Positions 12,757 through 27,482 of a DNA stretch of 64,000 nucleotides are shown here, in pieces. The notes below the pieces were generated by a model. The model did no database searches, was not told where the DNA came from, and saw only the letters and a list, made by a program, of their open reading frames with translations. The first letter of the stretch is position 1. Every line of letters starts with the position of its first letter. The DNA is from Cycas panzhihuaensis (lineage: Eukaryota > Plantae > Cycadophyta): assembly GCA_023213395.1 (NCBI GenBank), contig CM041465.1:136655741-136719740 (forward strand), in the 5' to 3' direction. A program made the translations under genes and the position numbers.

Positions 12757-14829
12757 GCCTTGAAGAAAGAGTTTTATTATATGCACCTACAACCTCATGA
12801 CTCTATAACTAAATATATAGATGGCATTAGGAAGTTATAAATAGAATTAGTCAATCAAGGTTACCATATCAATGAATAAGAAATGATAGAAACCATTTAA
12901 ACAACTTACATAAAGGGTTAAAGCATTTTAAGATAATACTAAGTTTATCAAAGGATCAATCCACAATGACTATAGATGAATTATAAGGATACATACTCAC
13001 TGAAGTAGAGAAGCCTCAAGCATATAAAGAAGCCAAATGGGCTTTTGCCTCTATGACTAGGGGTGGAGGTAGATTTACTCCACATCGAAGAAGTCATCAA
13101 GATCTTTCTATGCATGTGAAAAACAAGGACATATTTCCTCTAAGTATGAGTTCAACAAAAACCTACCAAGGGGTTGGCCAAGTCACTCAAAATAGAGGAT
13201 GTTAACCATATCAACAAAACCAAGGTGACTTTCACAAGTTTAACAACTATAAAAATGATCAAAGAGGTAGTAATCATAGCCACAACTATAATGAGGGTTA
13301 AAACTATCACAATAACAACTATGGAGTAGAGGTAGTTGATATCATAATAACTTTGCTTAGTATAATAATGAATCTACAACTCAACTATTCATAGCTTTAA
13401 CTAAAAATAATGAAGCTAAGACATGGTACTTCAATTATGGCTATTCTCACTATATGACCTTCTATAGAAAAGTATTCAAGGATATTACCAAGGAGGGTAG
13501 TAATGAGGCTTTATTCCTTGGTGATGATATTAAACACATGACTAAAGAAAGTAGTATAAATGGATGTTAATGGGTAATGATCAAGTGCATAAATTTAACA
13601 ATGCCTTCCTTTGTATTAGTTTGATTATTAAAGAGAAAGCAAAAATTATACATGATGATACTAATATATATATATATATATATCACTTTCAGATGATATT
13701 CACTTAAAAAAAGTTGAAGAAACAAAATATATCTTGGTTGACCATTACAAGGAGTTAAAGGATTTAAACACATAACAACTTGATGCCTTTAAGGAGTTAA
13801 CCTCCTTATTTAAGAAAGTAATAACAAACCATGTTAAAGAGAGGATATAATTTTTACATATGTACTTAGAATATTTTTTCTTCTTCAAAGTAATGTTAAA
13901 TATTTCTAAATCCCAAGATCAAGGAGTCATTGAGTTTAATTATATGACAAACTAAATTATGAACACTTTAGATGAAGAAGACCATTATTCAAAATTTACT
14001 AATTATAGTCAATATGGTGACACAAGTATATTATATTATTGTGGGCATTAATATTAAATCATATAGGTTATATACACATGAATAGCATACCATAAGTATC
14101 AATAAGCTCTATATCCATTATTATCACACAATTCTCTCATAACTATCATGAGCTAATGATGCCACTAAAAGGAGGAGAAGAGTGATACTATACTGAGTTA
14201 ACATAGACAACCATTAACCACTTATTAACTTGTAATTTGATATATTAATGCATGGCACATCTCTTTTAGTTATTATATATATATAATTCATCTTATAATA
14301 GTAATGTATGAAATTAATTATAGAACATACTAGTTGGAATCATATATATATATCGTTATAAACATAATGAACTTTAAAAAAATGGTTAAAATTTTTGTGC
14401 AAAAGATATAGTTAAACTTATTACCAAAGTATCTCATAAGGTAGTATAAACATCAACACACTCTTAAACCATACCTTACATCAAATCCTAGGCAAATTAA
14501 CTATTTTGGCAACATGCAAAAAGGATGAATTAATTATGCTAGATTCAAAAGATGAAGGGATTAGTTATCAATCATATATCAAAACTAGACTTACAAGAGA
14601 TAATTCTAAAATCTCCCCAATAATCTTATCAATACATATCTTAATGCCTACCAAAATTTGATATTTTAAGAATAAAAAATGATTAGATTCTAAGAATATT
14701 TTAATTATTTATAAATTATACAATCTCAGAAAAAGAAAAAGTTAGAAAATATTATGATCTAATGCTTGATTGAGCATTAAGTAAAAGACACATGAATCAA
14801 GAGTGTAGATTTGACAAATGGAAAATTAT

Positions 14830-17150
14830 TTTTTCTTGATGAAAATTGAGTTGACTGAGTAAGTTCTATTAGAAATATTATACATGGACAGAATCATATA
14901 TAAATGGTGGAGAAACTTATAATGCACCACATTCTAAAACTAATTATCAACATGGAAAGAATTTATTTGTTTATTCATTAAAAGATCTGAAGTTAGAATA
15001 ATTATGATTACTGAAGGAATGATGGATCTAGGGAATAAATCACTCACATGCATTTAATAACAATGGAGAATGAAGAAGAGATGAAAATAAGATATGAGAG
15101 CAAAACTTAGAGGTGAGAATGAATAATGACTTTCTCCTTGAGATTTTACCTTTTATTATTGAGGGTGACCATTAGGGTTAGGATTTTCCCGCATAATAAT
15201 ATGAACCCAAAATTACATCTAAATGCACATAAAGTGCATTTCACTAAGAGACTAATGCTAATAATATACCCTAATGTCACTTAATTAATCTACACAAATG
15301 ACCTTAGAGTATATTGTTAGCATTAGTCTCTTAGTGAAATGTACTTTATATACATTTAGATGTAATTTCAAGTTCATGTTATTAGGTAAAAAAATCATAA
15401 TCCTAATTTTCACCCTCAATAATAAAAGATGAAATCTTAAGGAGGGAGTCATTATTTATTCTCACCTCCAAGTTTTACTCTGATATCTTATTTTCATCTC
15501 TTCTTCATTCTCCATTGCCATTATGTGCATGTAAGTGATTTATTCCGTATATCTATTCTCCCTTCATGTGGTATCAGAGCCCAAGTTCAAGGTTCAAAAG
15601 CCTACGGGTGATTTGGGAAGAGGACTCCTTGGCAAGTAAACTAGCCATAGTCCAACACTCCCCTGTGATGAGGAGGTCACCATATCATGTATCATCTATG
15701 TTATAATTCCACCTGAATGGGGGTATGTGGGGACCCTAACGAGGAAAGGGGATTTGTCTGCGGGTGATTTGGAAAGAGGACTCCTCAGCAAGTAAACCAG
15801 CCATAGTCCAACAATTACTATTATGAATTATAAAAATTAAAACAAATAAAAACTATAGAGAAATATAACATGGAATCCACAAAATTAAGTTATATACTTA
15901 AATATATCCTAACTATTAGACTCATTCAGTTATGTATTGATGACCTAATAATAGAAATTCAAGTTGATGTGAAGACCCATGAACTTATAAATCTTAATAG
16001 AGTGATACAACTAACTAGAATATATGAAGATAAGCTTAATGCATTATACAAGATAGAGACAAACCCCCTATATTCCTTTGCTTGCCTAGCCTAATCTATC
16101 ATCAATTACCACACCTAATCTACTACTAGATAATCCTAATTGATCTACCAAACCAATCATTTAAAAGAGAAGAATAGAATAAGAAGAGTTAAGAAAAAAA
16201 TATATATACTCTAGATGCAAAGAAAAGTGGGTACCTAAGAATAGATATCGAAAGAACCAACTATATATAATTAGATTATTGCCTATAGATAAGACTGAAA
16301 AGGATGAGAAGGAACAATGCCTAGAAAATAACTAAGAAGATTATTGTGATTATAAATCTTAGGGAAATCACTACAATCTTGAGCTTGACATCCCAAAAAT
16401 ATCATTCTCATTTATGAATAGATTTACTTAATTAAATACATTAAAACTACAAGGAATTATCAAAAATCAAGTTATTATAATCTTAGTGGATCTAAGTAGA
16501 ACTTATAATTTTATTTATAGAAGTTGTTCTCTATAACTATAATTATTTCTATTAAGAACTCCCCATTTTTAAGTATTAAAGGAAGAAAGGTTGTATCGAG
16601 GTAAGGTTTGATGAAAATTATTAATCTCATTATGAGTTATATTCCCATTATAAAAAACTTTTATGTTTTTAATGTAGGAGATGTAGATGTTATTTTAGGA
16701 AATCAATGGCTTAAAACATTTGGAACATTCAAAATGAATTTAGACAAGTTATTCATGAGATTTGAGAGGGAAGGTAGGAAAAATAACAAGAAACACCAAA
16801 GGAATATCATGCGAACATTTGGAAAAGATAACTAAGAAGCATCATCAAGGTATACTAGATTAGCTTTTTATGTTTCAGGTAGAAATAAGACTAATAATTG
16901 AAATAGATGAAATACATGAGGCATTCCAAAAATATAAGGAAATCTTTCAAGGTCTTCAAGTAGAATCATCTTCCAATAAAAGCTTAGAACATTTGATTAA
17001 TCTCATAATTGGCATAAACTCAATAATTATTCAACCATATAAGGGAACATATCATTATTGGGATAAGATTTTAACACAATATCCTTCAAAGGGATAGTGA
17101 TCAATCATTATCTTCAATAATGTTTTGAGGATAAAACATTTAAAGAAGGG
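14830..17150 (+). pseudogene. Decayed, internally deleted Ty3/gypsy gag-protease remnant (host of the 15012-15813 insert)
   Basis: YKWWRN (gag), KLKQIKTIEKY, ILVDLSRTYNF (protease) and DVDVILGNQWLKTFG. PPT-like AAAGAAGGGG at ~17142-17151. Confidence 0.75.
15012..15813. mobile_element. Aberrant fold-back copia-A-family insert: inverted LTR, forward LTR, PBS and partial leader
   Basis: 15012-15305 is the reverse complement of LTR 1309-1602 and 15299-15566 is the forward LTR. PBS at 15569-15580. TG..CA ends with a 5-bp TSD ATTAC (15007-15011 and 15814-15818). Confidence 0.88.
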
Positions 17151-17154
17151 GTCT

Positions 17155-17403
17155 TGTTACGATCCTAATTAATTAATCTAATTATTATCAAAAGGATACC
17201 ATCAAATGGTTACACCCATTCACTAAAAGATATTTATCTCATGCATATAAATATGCATCTAATATAAACATTCATTATCATTCATTTTTATCAATCAAAT
17301 ATATTTGATCATTTGACTATTTAAATCTTCAACATACTCTTATATTCTCATGTGCTTCTTGAATTTAACAATTATCCTTAAGTTACAAACTAGGTTCATA
17401 ACA
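17155..17403 (+). repeat. Candidate 3' LTR of the gypsy remnant
   Basis: TGTTAC...ATAACA termini after a purine tract, with an internal TATAAA. No partner LTR was recognised. Confidence 0.5.
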
Positions 17404-17776
17404 ATTTATATTCAAAGTATTTTTAAAGGAGCAAGTATTATATAAGAGCATTTTTCTGCTCATTTCTCCTCTAATTTTTTTATTTTAAAGCTTTGGGTTT
17501 ATTATAAATTTATTTAAGTATATTTCAAAATTATTTTGTAACTTCATTTATTGTTCATCTTAGAGTAAAATTTAACCGAGCTCTTTTTTTAATTGGGCAT
17601 CTATCTCTAAAACAATGAGTTTTTGGACCCTTTTTACTCAAGTTTTACTTAATATTTATCTGTTAAAGTTATGGATTGGTCATAGATTATTTAAAGATAT
17701 TATAGATCATTTTAATAGCTCCATTCAAAGGTTTTCTTAAGGAAAATTAGAGTTTTATACTCAAAGTAAATTGGGT

Positions 17777-20700
17777 TGTTTCACCACAACTGGACCTTTT
17801 GGCATGGTTAGGCTCATGTTTAGATTTGTTTTCTCAAGCCACTTGATAGCTATAGCTTCTACTTATATAATAGATATCACTTAATTAGCATGTTAGTTAT
17901 TGAATTTCTTTTGGTGGATAGTTGTGTGCCTTGGTCCTTAGCTTGAATATGCTTGAACACTCATCATTTTATTTTAAGTTAATAGATTGTAAATTGGATA
18001 ACTGAATAGATGTGATTGTGATCACCTTATTTTGTTGATGACTGATATTATGATGTGTTTTAATGCTCTCATCTAGCATAGTTTACAAATTGCTCCAAGT
18101 TTCTTCTTTTCTAGCTAATTTCTCTTTTAACACTATTAAGTTTTTCAATTGATTATAGCCTCATTTCTACCACTTTTTGGGATTTACTTATAGTAATCTA
18201 CTCTTCATTAGAGTCTTTAATGTCATTAAAATACCCTAACAAGTCAATTTTATCAAAAAGTTACTTTTTGTTATTATTTTTTGGTCTTTTTGACTTATCA
18301 CATTTTTAGCAATACCAAAGATGCAATGATCATGTTTTTAATTATAAGTCACATTTTTAGCAATAAATAAAATGAAATGATCACATTTTTAGTTATAAGT
18401 CATATTTTTTTACTATCATACCCATAATTTTTAAGATAGAATATTGAATTCTTATGATTTTCACAATAGTCCCTAGCCAAATTTGGAGTTTACTACCATC
18501 CCACCTACCTTGATTAACTTGTTATTATCTTACTTTCCTTTATTGCAAGATTTAGTTGTTGTAAATCAACCAAACTATGGGCAGAAACCATGGATTTTAT
18601 ATCCATCCACCCCCTTCTCATTTTCTATAATTCCCTATATGTTTTTATAAGGTAGGAAAAGTGTCCTTGATGTAATGAAGTGGTGCCCAATTTTTACTTG
18701 CCCTTTTTGCTAATGTCTTGGTGTTACTTGGAGGTAGATTAAAGCTTATCTTCTTAGGAGATTGTGAACTATGTTGGAGGAGTTGGAGGTCTGCACTTGC
18801 CTCAATTGCTATCTAGTTCTTAGACTCATCCTTCCACTCACCTATTAGGGTCTCCTTCCTATAATTCCAACTAGTTTTTGTCTACATCTTTCTCTCCTAC
18901 AACATCCTTTATTATCAAACTCATCATTCTCATGATAATTGGAGCTTGATGGCAATACGTTGGACAAGAGAAAAGCATCAATTTGAGGCATACAACACTA
19001 ATTTTTCTTAGATTAGAGGTAACTCTTTTAGTAGATTAATTGTTGGTTTTAGAAATTAGATTAGTTTGCTTTGAATTCATCTTTAAAAAAACTAAAAAAA
19101 GAGGTATTTTTAGTGTCATTTTCTCTAACTTTCCATCAAAGTTTAGTTTCTCTTTCTAGCTTGATTGGGTTATTTGACTTGGAATCAAACCAATTTTGAT
19201 TCCCAAACATTTATCACATTGTTAAAATCATTAAAGGAGTTGTTTTAAAGTAAACCAGTTTCAATCCTTGATTGTGACCTCCATTGGGCAAGTCCATTCA
19301 CTTATCTTCTTCTTATTATAATTCATAACTTACAAAGAGATTAGTCCTAATAAAGGGGTTAAAGAAACCAAACTAATCCTTTATGAGGAGGTGAATGGTA
19401 AGGAAGGGTAGTTCTTTCAAGCAAGAAAAGCATCCCAACTCTTTTCTATAGAATTATAGGTAGCTCTAATCAATTACTTATTGTCAAATTTTTTCATATG
19501 CAGTAAAAATGTTGCTAGAATTTTGATAAGGTTTTAAAGTTGCATTTAAAGGTTTCTCTTTTGAAAGTGATGATTTCATGATCTATATTATTGCTTAATT
19601 GACTAATGTGCTATATAATAAAATAGGAGTAATCAAAGAAGGTGGAGCCATAGCTTCTTAGCTTTATCATCAGGTGCCCATCCTATTCTTTATCTTTTGC
19701 AACCCCTTTTAAAAGTTTCTACAAACTAGGAAAATGAGTTAAAGGAAAAGGAAAGAGTGCCACCCTCTTTTATTGATTGATTGGTTTGTTACTTGATCTT
19801 TTTCCCTTGTTTGCTCATAAAATAAAAAGAGAAAGTTAGAAAATTATTAATTGGGTTTAGAATCAAGAAGTTACGGTTGCATGTTACTTGTCCCTTCCTA
19901 TTCTTTCATTTGTTATGAAATAAATCTAAGACATTGAAAAAGGAAGTGAAAGAATAATAGCTAAGATAATTATAAGTGTAATTAAAGATCTTAGACTCCT
20001 TTATTACTAGTGTGCTTGATTTCTTTTCACTTTCATTCTATTTAAGAAATAAAAAAGCAAATAAATGGAAGGAATCGTATTTCACTTACGTATGATTTGA
20101 CTATTTAGTTGGATGCATATTTTCTCATTATTGTTTATACTCAACTAGAAATTGCATACTAGTTTACATATAGGCTTGGTTTGACATTATTTGGTCTTCC
20201 CAGGGTAGGTTTTATCTCTCCTTTGAGAATTTGCTTAATTGCTCAAGACTTTGCATCCCTTGTATATAAGCACATCCTCTCTTAAAGACAAATGTTTCTT
20301 TTAGTTAAGAGGTTTTTAATCAACTAGGACATGACATCCTCGATATACAAATTATTCCTTCTTTGAGATTATTTAATTTTCAACCATGTTTCAAATGTTA
20401 AAGGAAGTGGCTTGCCATTTTCCTTTAGGTTAAGAGAAGTTTCTCCTTTCTTCCTTTACCTCTAAGTGTGGGAATTTATCAAAGTCAAATACAAGCATCT
20501 CTAAGATGTTCATCTTTATAGATGGATCATCACTAGCTGAGGGAGTCCCCAACAGCTAACCCCTAATAGGGTCGTTAATCTAGGGTTTGATCTCTCCTAG
20601 ATTCTCACACTCATCAATCCTCCCTATCTACAACTAGTATGACATAAATTACTATCATATGGGTTGAAATAGAGGTTTATATTAGAATATCATCCTTATG

Positions 20701-21060
20701 AGGGCATCTTAGATAGTGATAAGATGAACTTAGGTTGATTATTTTGGGGTAAGGACCCCCAATAGATCCTCCACTTATTAGAAAGTTATTTATACTTTTT
20801 CTGACGTAAAGAGGCATTTTATTTATCTTATGTAATTATTTAAAGTGGTTTAATTTGGTCAATTTTAGGTTTAATTTTTTGTATATATATGTGAGTTAGT
20901 TTAGGTTACAAGTTAGTTTGATTATCTCATTCTTATTCAAGCACATGAGTAAAGAGACCTCTTCTTAAAAGTTGATTAAAAGTTCCACCCTTACGACTCA
21001 TCATTATCAGTTCACTCTCTAATAGATCTAATAAGTCGTTAGTCCCAATATAAGGAGCCA
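17777..21060 (+). repeat. 5' LTR of the Tat element (3284 bp)
   Basis: Colinear with 46487-46634 plus 49809-52923; about 10 mismatches in the first 60 bp. Confidence 0.92.
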
Positions 21061-21064
21061 TTTC

Positions 21065-21081
21065 TGGTGACCATACTAGGG
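21065..21081 (+). promoter_or_regulatory. PBS, probably tRNA-Arg type (decayed)
   Basis: TGGTGACCATACTAGGG lies 4 nt after the LTR end and resembles the TGGCGACC.. PBS of Ogre/Tat elements. Confidence 0.6.
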
Positions 21082-24000
21082 AGTTATTAAATCTTCCTAG
21101 TCACATGTTCTAAACCTTAAGCTTTTACATCTACTTGAGACCTTCCAGAAGACATTCTTACTTCGTTGCATCTGCTTCTTCACTTTTTTGATTGGATAAA
21201 ACCCTTCATTATCATTTAGGGTTCTTATTTCTTCCCTAAGCTTTCATTATTAACTTTATGTACCCATTCTAATAGAGATCCCTTCTCACCATGCTTACTT
21301 AAGGAGATCAAGGAGGCAATAAAGCATCGTTCCTCAAGACTCTAAGCATGACTATCATGAAGATTATGAGGCCTAAGAGGGTTGTGTGCATCATGAAGGC
21401 TACCTTAATCAAGAGGGCTATGAGATACACATATACCTTCCAAAGGGCTTTACTAACTTGAATGAAGTCCTTATAGATTAAGGATATTCTAAATACCCCA
21501 AACCATATTTGGGGGATTCATCTTTAGTAGCCTCCACTTCTGTTTAGGAAGAGGATCAAGTTGATCACATTTTTCATCCTATTTCAGAACCTTGCTCACT
21601 ATGGTTTATTCTCCTATCCCATCCCGTGGTACTAAGATCATTTTTATCAAGACACTAGCATCATGATGTTCCTTACTTATCCACTCCTTGACTAGCATTA
21701 GGAGTAATGTGATCCTCCTCCTTAGGAGCATCTACCCCCTCATGTCAATCATCCTCATACATCTAATGTTCCACCTTCCCCTTGTCCTCATCCTCCTACC
21801 CTGAAGACACCTCTCGTTCCACCTAATAAAATGGGAGATACTAGGTTGGTCCACTCTCAACTGTAAATACTAGTTAACACCATGCAAGGAGGAGCCTAGG
21901 CTTCTCCTATACCCTTTATTTCATATGATATCTCACTAGAGAGTACTAATTAGGAGAAATATTTTTCCTTAGGATATGCATAGTAAGCATGCATATCCTA
22001 CCAAATCCCTCACACGGGAACTAGCAAAGGGCCATTTCTTATGCATAGGTATAGGTTTTCTTATACCGCTTCATAGGATATACCTACTGGTGGATCCATC
22101 CCTTCTCATGGCATCTCTCATACTAGTCAAGGGAATCCTTGCTTCCTTCCTCATTAAATCATAAGGTATAGTGACAGATCACCTCATTTCTAGTCCTATA
22201 AAGGGCCTACCACATCTACTCCTTCATACCCTATGTATAATACTTATGCTAGAGAACAAGGCCCATTAGGAGGTTCTCACACTCATGTTCCTCTTGGCCA
22301 ATACACATACCAACGACACATTCTAAGACCTGTTAGAGGGCCCACACCATCCTATGGTCGTAAATCTATGTACCCATAATAATCCTATATATGACACATA
22401 ATTTCCCTCTCCAATAAGTATTTACATATAAAGAACATCCTATTCCTTAGACATGATTGCATCTTAATCTTGTTGCATGGTTCACCCCTTTGCATTCTCC
22501 ACCTTCTCATCCACCATACTACAACCAACCCCCATATGGAACTTCCACTCATTACCAATATTCTCCTCCTCAAACCTCTTCCATGTTAAGGTCTAAGAGG
22601 CCATTTATCAACTACATAAGGTCCCCCTTTCCACAAGAGCTCCTCCTTTCATCCATGCCTCTATTTCTTCTTGAATTACTTGTGTTCTTTAGGAAACACT
22701 TACATGATCCCACTAGGCATGTGTAAGCTTTTTCACTTGTATGTACTACCTTCCTCCCTTATGACTACATCATGATGAGATTATTTCCTAAATCACTTTA
22801 AGGCAATACCTTGAAGTGGTTCTATCATCTCCCATTTACTTCCACTTTCACCTTCCAACAACTAGTTGGTGCTTTTATCAACTACTTTGATGTTCTCAGG
22901 TCATTCAAAATTAGCATGAAGTCCATCCTATCTATAAAGCAAAATAATGATGAAACATATCATGATTTAATGAGGTGATTCCAAGATTTAATTCATGCTT
23001 GTTACTCTTAGCTTGATTTAAGACTCTTATTTGACATTTTTACCAATGCTTTAAGACATTGTATACACTTAAAGGTCCTCAAACTTGGTCCATAAACCTA
23101 CGAAGAAGCTATTGATAAATGCTTAGCTCTTGAAGCTTTCAAGATTTAAGGAGGAATCAAGAAGATAGGCAAGCTTTCTCCAGTGAAAGACTCAACTCAA
23201 GGGCCTAAACCTAGTCAAGGTGATCATACTTATGACCATCTTACATCTTCTATTAGATCCCTTAAGCATACTATCAACACCAAGTTACGTGTTAAAAATT
23301 CTCCTTCTTCTGAGTAGAAGCAAGAAACTAAAGTTATTCATTATACTGAAGGAAACAAATGTCAAGATCCTCTAACTCCTCTAGTAAAGAAATCTCCTTG
23401 GTGTTATTATCACCAAACTAATACTTATGATCGAGATGAGTGTCACATAGTTCAGGCCATGGGTTGTAAAATCTAAACTCCTAATAATCATACATCTAAG
23501 ACAAACCAAGACCAATTAATTTACAAAGACCCTTTACCTAATCATGGGATAAAGAATATTAAGGATAAGACTAAAGGAAAGACCAAACAAGATGATATAA
23601 GTGTAAGAAGAGCATAAGGTCTAAACCAGGCAAAAAATATATCACCTCACCTAAGGGAGGTGGCAAATGGGCTAACAATCAACATTGGCCACCTCCCAAA
23701 GATGGTGACACTAAGAGAACAACTAATATGGTTGGGATAACAAGGAACCTAGGTACGTCTAAATCCTCTAAAGATATATCGACCAAAAACTCTAACTCCT
23801 TGCCTCTCATTCCACTTAGACCTATTCATTTTAGGTCCATTCCTTCTACTACAAAGGATGCATTTTTCTCTTTAGTCAATGAGTTAAAGTCTATTCGTAC
23901 TAAGATTTTAGTTATGAACTTGTTAAGGAGATACCAAGAGCAATGTCAACTCTTTCTTGACACCCTAAGGGTCCCTTTCCCCATCTCCCTAACAAGTCGT

Positions 24001-26906
24001 ACTCTCTCTTTTAATCCCTTCATCTTACATAGTGAATAAAAAAGAAACCCTAATTATATCACTCTATTCTACATTAAGATATGTAAGGAGGACATCAATA
24101 TTTGATGTGTCATTAGTGATGAAGGTGCATCGATAAATGCAATCCTTCTTTATCTAGTTGAAGATCTAGAGATTATCGCCTATGAACCTTACAAGTAAAT
24201 ATATCAAGGGTATGATAAGAACCAAAAGGTAACATTGGGATAAGTCATCGTCCCTCTCACCTTAGAAGGGAAAATAGTTATGGCCAATCTCACCATCATA
24301 AACCTAAATACCTTAGATCAATCAAATGTCCATTGTTTATTCCCCACTTTTTGGTGAGCTTATATTCATTTATGAGGGAGAATTGAAGGTTGTCAAGTAA
24401 AAAAATAAACATGTTAAGTAATCTATTCTATTTGTGGAAACCATCTTGGAAATAGGGAAGCCTTCCAACTCCTCTAAATACTTCTTTTAATCTTTGGGCC
24501 TTGGCCAATAATTTGGCACTAAGTCTCTTTCAACGTTCGAATAAGAGGTTAAGGGTGTTAACATGATTGATATTGTTCCCTTAGGAGAAATATCTTCATC
24601 ACATCAATCATGCATGGAAACATTTCAAACCACTTTTAAACCTTTCCAAATTCCTACTTGTGTAGAAGAGACTTTGCCCCTCTACTTTATAAGTTATATA
24701 TCCAATCCTACTCAAATAGAATAAGACCTAATTCATCATACTCCTTGGTCATCATATTAATCCAATGATGATAATGGCATGTTTCAAGATTGTCCCCTTT
24801 CATCTCAAGAAATAACTTTGTTAAGCTCATCCTTCAACACGCTAGATTTTACGCATCTCCTTTGCTTAAATCATGTGAAAGATGTGTTGAACACTATTAC
24901 ACATGTTTTTGGCTCTTATCAATAGGCATGCTTACCTTAGACTACTTCTTCCTCATCCAATGAGGTAACTTATTATGAGTCTTCTTTTCAAACTACTTGG
25001 TTTAATTGACATGGTAAGAAACTTCTCATATACAAGCATCTTGACCACTTACCTCTAGAAGGTAAGACATCCCTTTTACATGCCTCACCCAGAGTGAATC
25101 AAACATATAGGAGAGAAATTAAAAAGATTAACATGATTACTATAACCTCACTCCTAACTAAGGTGACTATTTAGGAGGATACTATATCATTACTCATTTA
25201 TATGTCCCCTCCTATAAACCTTCCCCCAACTGATGAGTCTAGATTTCATTAGATTATACAATCGAATTGAGAATTCCCCAGTCAACTTGGTCCATCCTCT
25301 CAAATTCCTATGATTATAGGTATCTTTCCAAATTAAGAACATGTCCTTTATGTAAGGATAACTTCCCAACATTTGCCTCATCATTCTCAGCCTAAAGGCT
25401 CTATCTTTAGAGATCTCCTTCATCTTGATCATTTCAATAATGATAAAGTAATTCTAGAGCATTTAACTGGAACCTCACCTAATCTCCCCCCTAATCATTG
25501 CAAGCTTGATTTTAATAAATGCTTGCACCTTGACCCACATTTGGCTAGTTTAGACCAACCTTCACAAGATCCTCTATATTTTACAAAGCTTGACCCTCCT
25601 TACTTTGAGGAAGGGAGTGCTATGCTTGTAGGTGAAATAATAGACATTGATTTAGAGATCAATGACACACCGAGAATTATCAAAGTGGGAGAAGATTTCT
25701 CCCCAAAAGAAGTAAACCAACTTAAGGAGCTCTTCTAAGAGTTCACATTAGTCTTTTCCTAAGATTACTATGACATGTTATAACATAACCCCTTCCTTAG
25801 CACTAGTAAGCAGGAGCCACCAACAGATTAAGGATTAATGTAGTTATTAAGATTTATTCATGGACTGCTAAGTCATCCAATAAGATGTAAGGCCGTTAGG
25901 GCCACCAATAGAATCATAAGGAAGAAGACCCTTACATATGTATTTAAAGGATCGAATATCACTTCTAATGGTTATTAAGTATTGTTATCATGAATAGAAA
26001 GTACTTCATACTCCCTTTGGTGATTTATTTATTTGTGATCTATTTACAAACTTGTGTTATTTTGATTTAACTTCTATTGGTCAATATCTACAAGGTTGAA
26101 TTTTTTAGAGGAAACACTCCAAGTGGTATCAGAGTCGCATTTGCGATGGTGGGAAGCTGCCCAAAAAATTAAAAGAAAAAATAAATTATTGTCAAATCCA
26201 GCACTTTCTCTACCTAGGTAGAGATCAAGGAAAGACCTTCATTTAGTACTCTCTCTAAGAAGATTGAGGAACGATACCAGGACAGCCTAGGAGTCATGAG
26301 GGAAGGGAAATTTCTTCCCCTAGGTAACATTAGTAATTTATTTTTCTACTTTTCATCTAGTTTTTAGTTTCATTTCTTTATTTTAATTTCTACATTGAGT
26401 TGTATTCCAAGGGTAGATAACACCGCTAGGTGGCTACCCTTTCTCCCTCCCACCTATCTTTCCCACGTAGATAACACCATTGGTCAGCTACCCAAGTAGT
26501 TAGGTAGAGACCATGTACTAGGAGTCTTTAAATATCATAGGAATCTATCATTCTAACTAAGTGTATCATGGATTTTTTGCCCCTTACATAAAGGATAGAG
26601 ATAACACTCCTAAACCAAGACCTAGACAGAACCTGGCTATGGAAGTGTATTGACACATACCTTTGAGTATATAAGAGGACCCCTTTAGGATCCCAAACCC
26701 TCCCTAGCATAAGTAAACTATTGGCCATTGAAGTCTTGTAGTGGGATTAGTGCCACGAAGCTACATGCCCTATACTTCTATATCAAAAGTTTATTGGTAG
26801 GCCTATAAGACTAAGTATACCTTGTCTAGTAATTAGTAGGATACCTTTGATCATTTCTACCATGCTTCACTCACTCCATTTCCTAATTAAGATCATAAGC
26901 CACCGC

Positions 26907-26960
<54 letters not shown>
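26907..26960. repeat. Compound (AT)n(AG)n microsatellite in the chromovirus 5' leader
   Basis: Directly visible. Confidence 0.97.
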
Positions 26961-26963
<3 letters not shown>

Positions 26964-27482
26964 AATTTCTACTTACTACCTTCAAAACCTGTGAGAGCAG
27001 TCAAAACTCTCAAAAAGAAAAAGAAAAGAAAGAAGCAAAAGAAACATTAAAAAAAAAAAACTCCACTTAATCACTCTTCACGATGCAAATTCATAGCTAA
27101 AAATTACCCTTACAACTTATATGCCTTAATTTGATGAGTACATTATATTAGTCATTTTACACTAGGTTAGTTTGTGCAAGTAATTTTTACACTTTTTGGT
27201 ACCTGGGTCAATGATGGGCCCTGCCACTTCAAACTCACCTTAAATTTTATGTACCCCATTTGGACAAGCTTTTTGTACTCTTTTTTAATGGGCTAAATAT
27301 CTTGTTTATGTAATTTTTTGGGTCAATAGGCTATAGACACTCCACATCCCCCTATTTTTCCCTTCTCTCCCTTGTAACAACTCCCTTATTCTTATATCCT
27401 ATTCTTTCTTAATCTGTCCCACTTCATCTATTTCCTTTCTTTTTGCTTATTCCCGCTTCTTTAATCCCCTTCTATAACTCTA

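Larger units (their letters stand above)
8330..13570 (+). pseudogene. Decayed Ty1/copia gag-protease, interrupted by the 8626-12756 insertion
   Basis: The frame reads across the insertion: RLLA|LKKEFYYMHLQPHDSITKYIDGIRKL (UBN2-like), then MTIDEL*GYIL and WYFNYGYSHYMT at ~13425 (compare the copia protease motif WYLDSGCSxHMT). The left boundary is approximate. Confidence 0.75.

Noticed and set aside
17777-21060. 3.3-kb repeat pair as a segmental duplication
   Set aside because: TG..CA ends, PBS, PPT and TSD identify the pair as LTRs.
25779-25790. Both chromovirus LTRs start TA rather than TG, suggesting a non-canonical terminus
   Set aside because: G>A decay is pervasive here (the copy 2 5' LTR shows the same change while its 3' LTR keeps TG), so this cannot be claimed without a family consensus.
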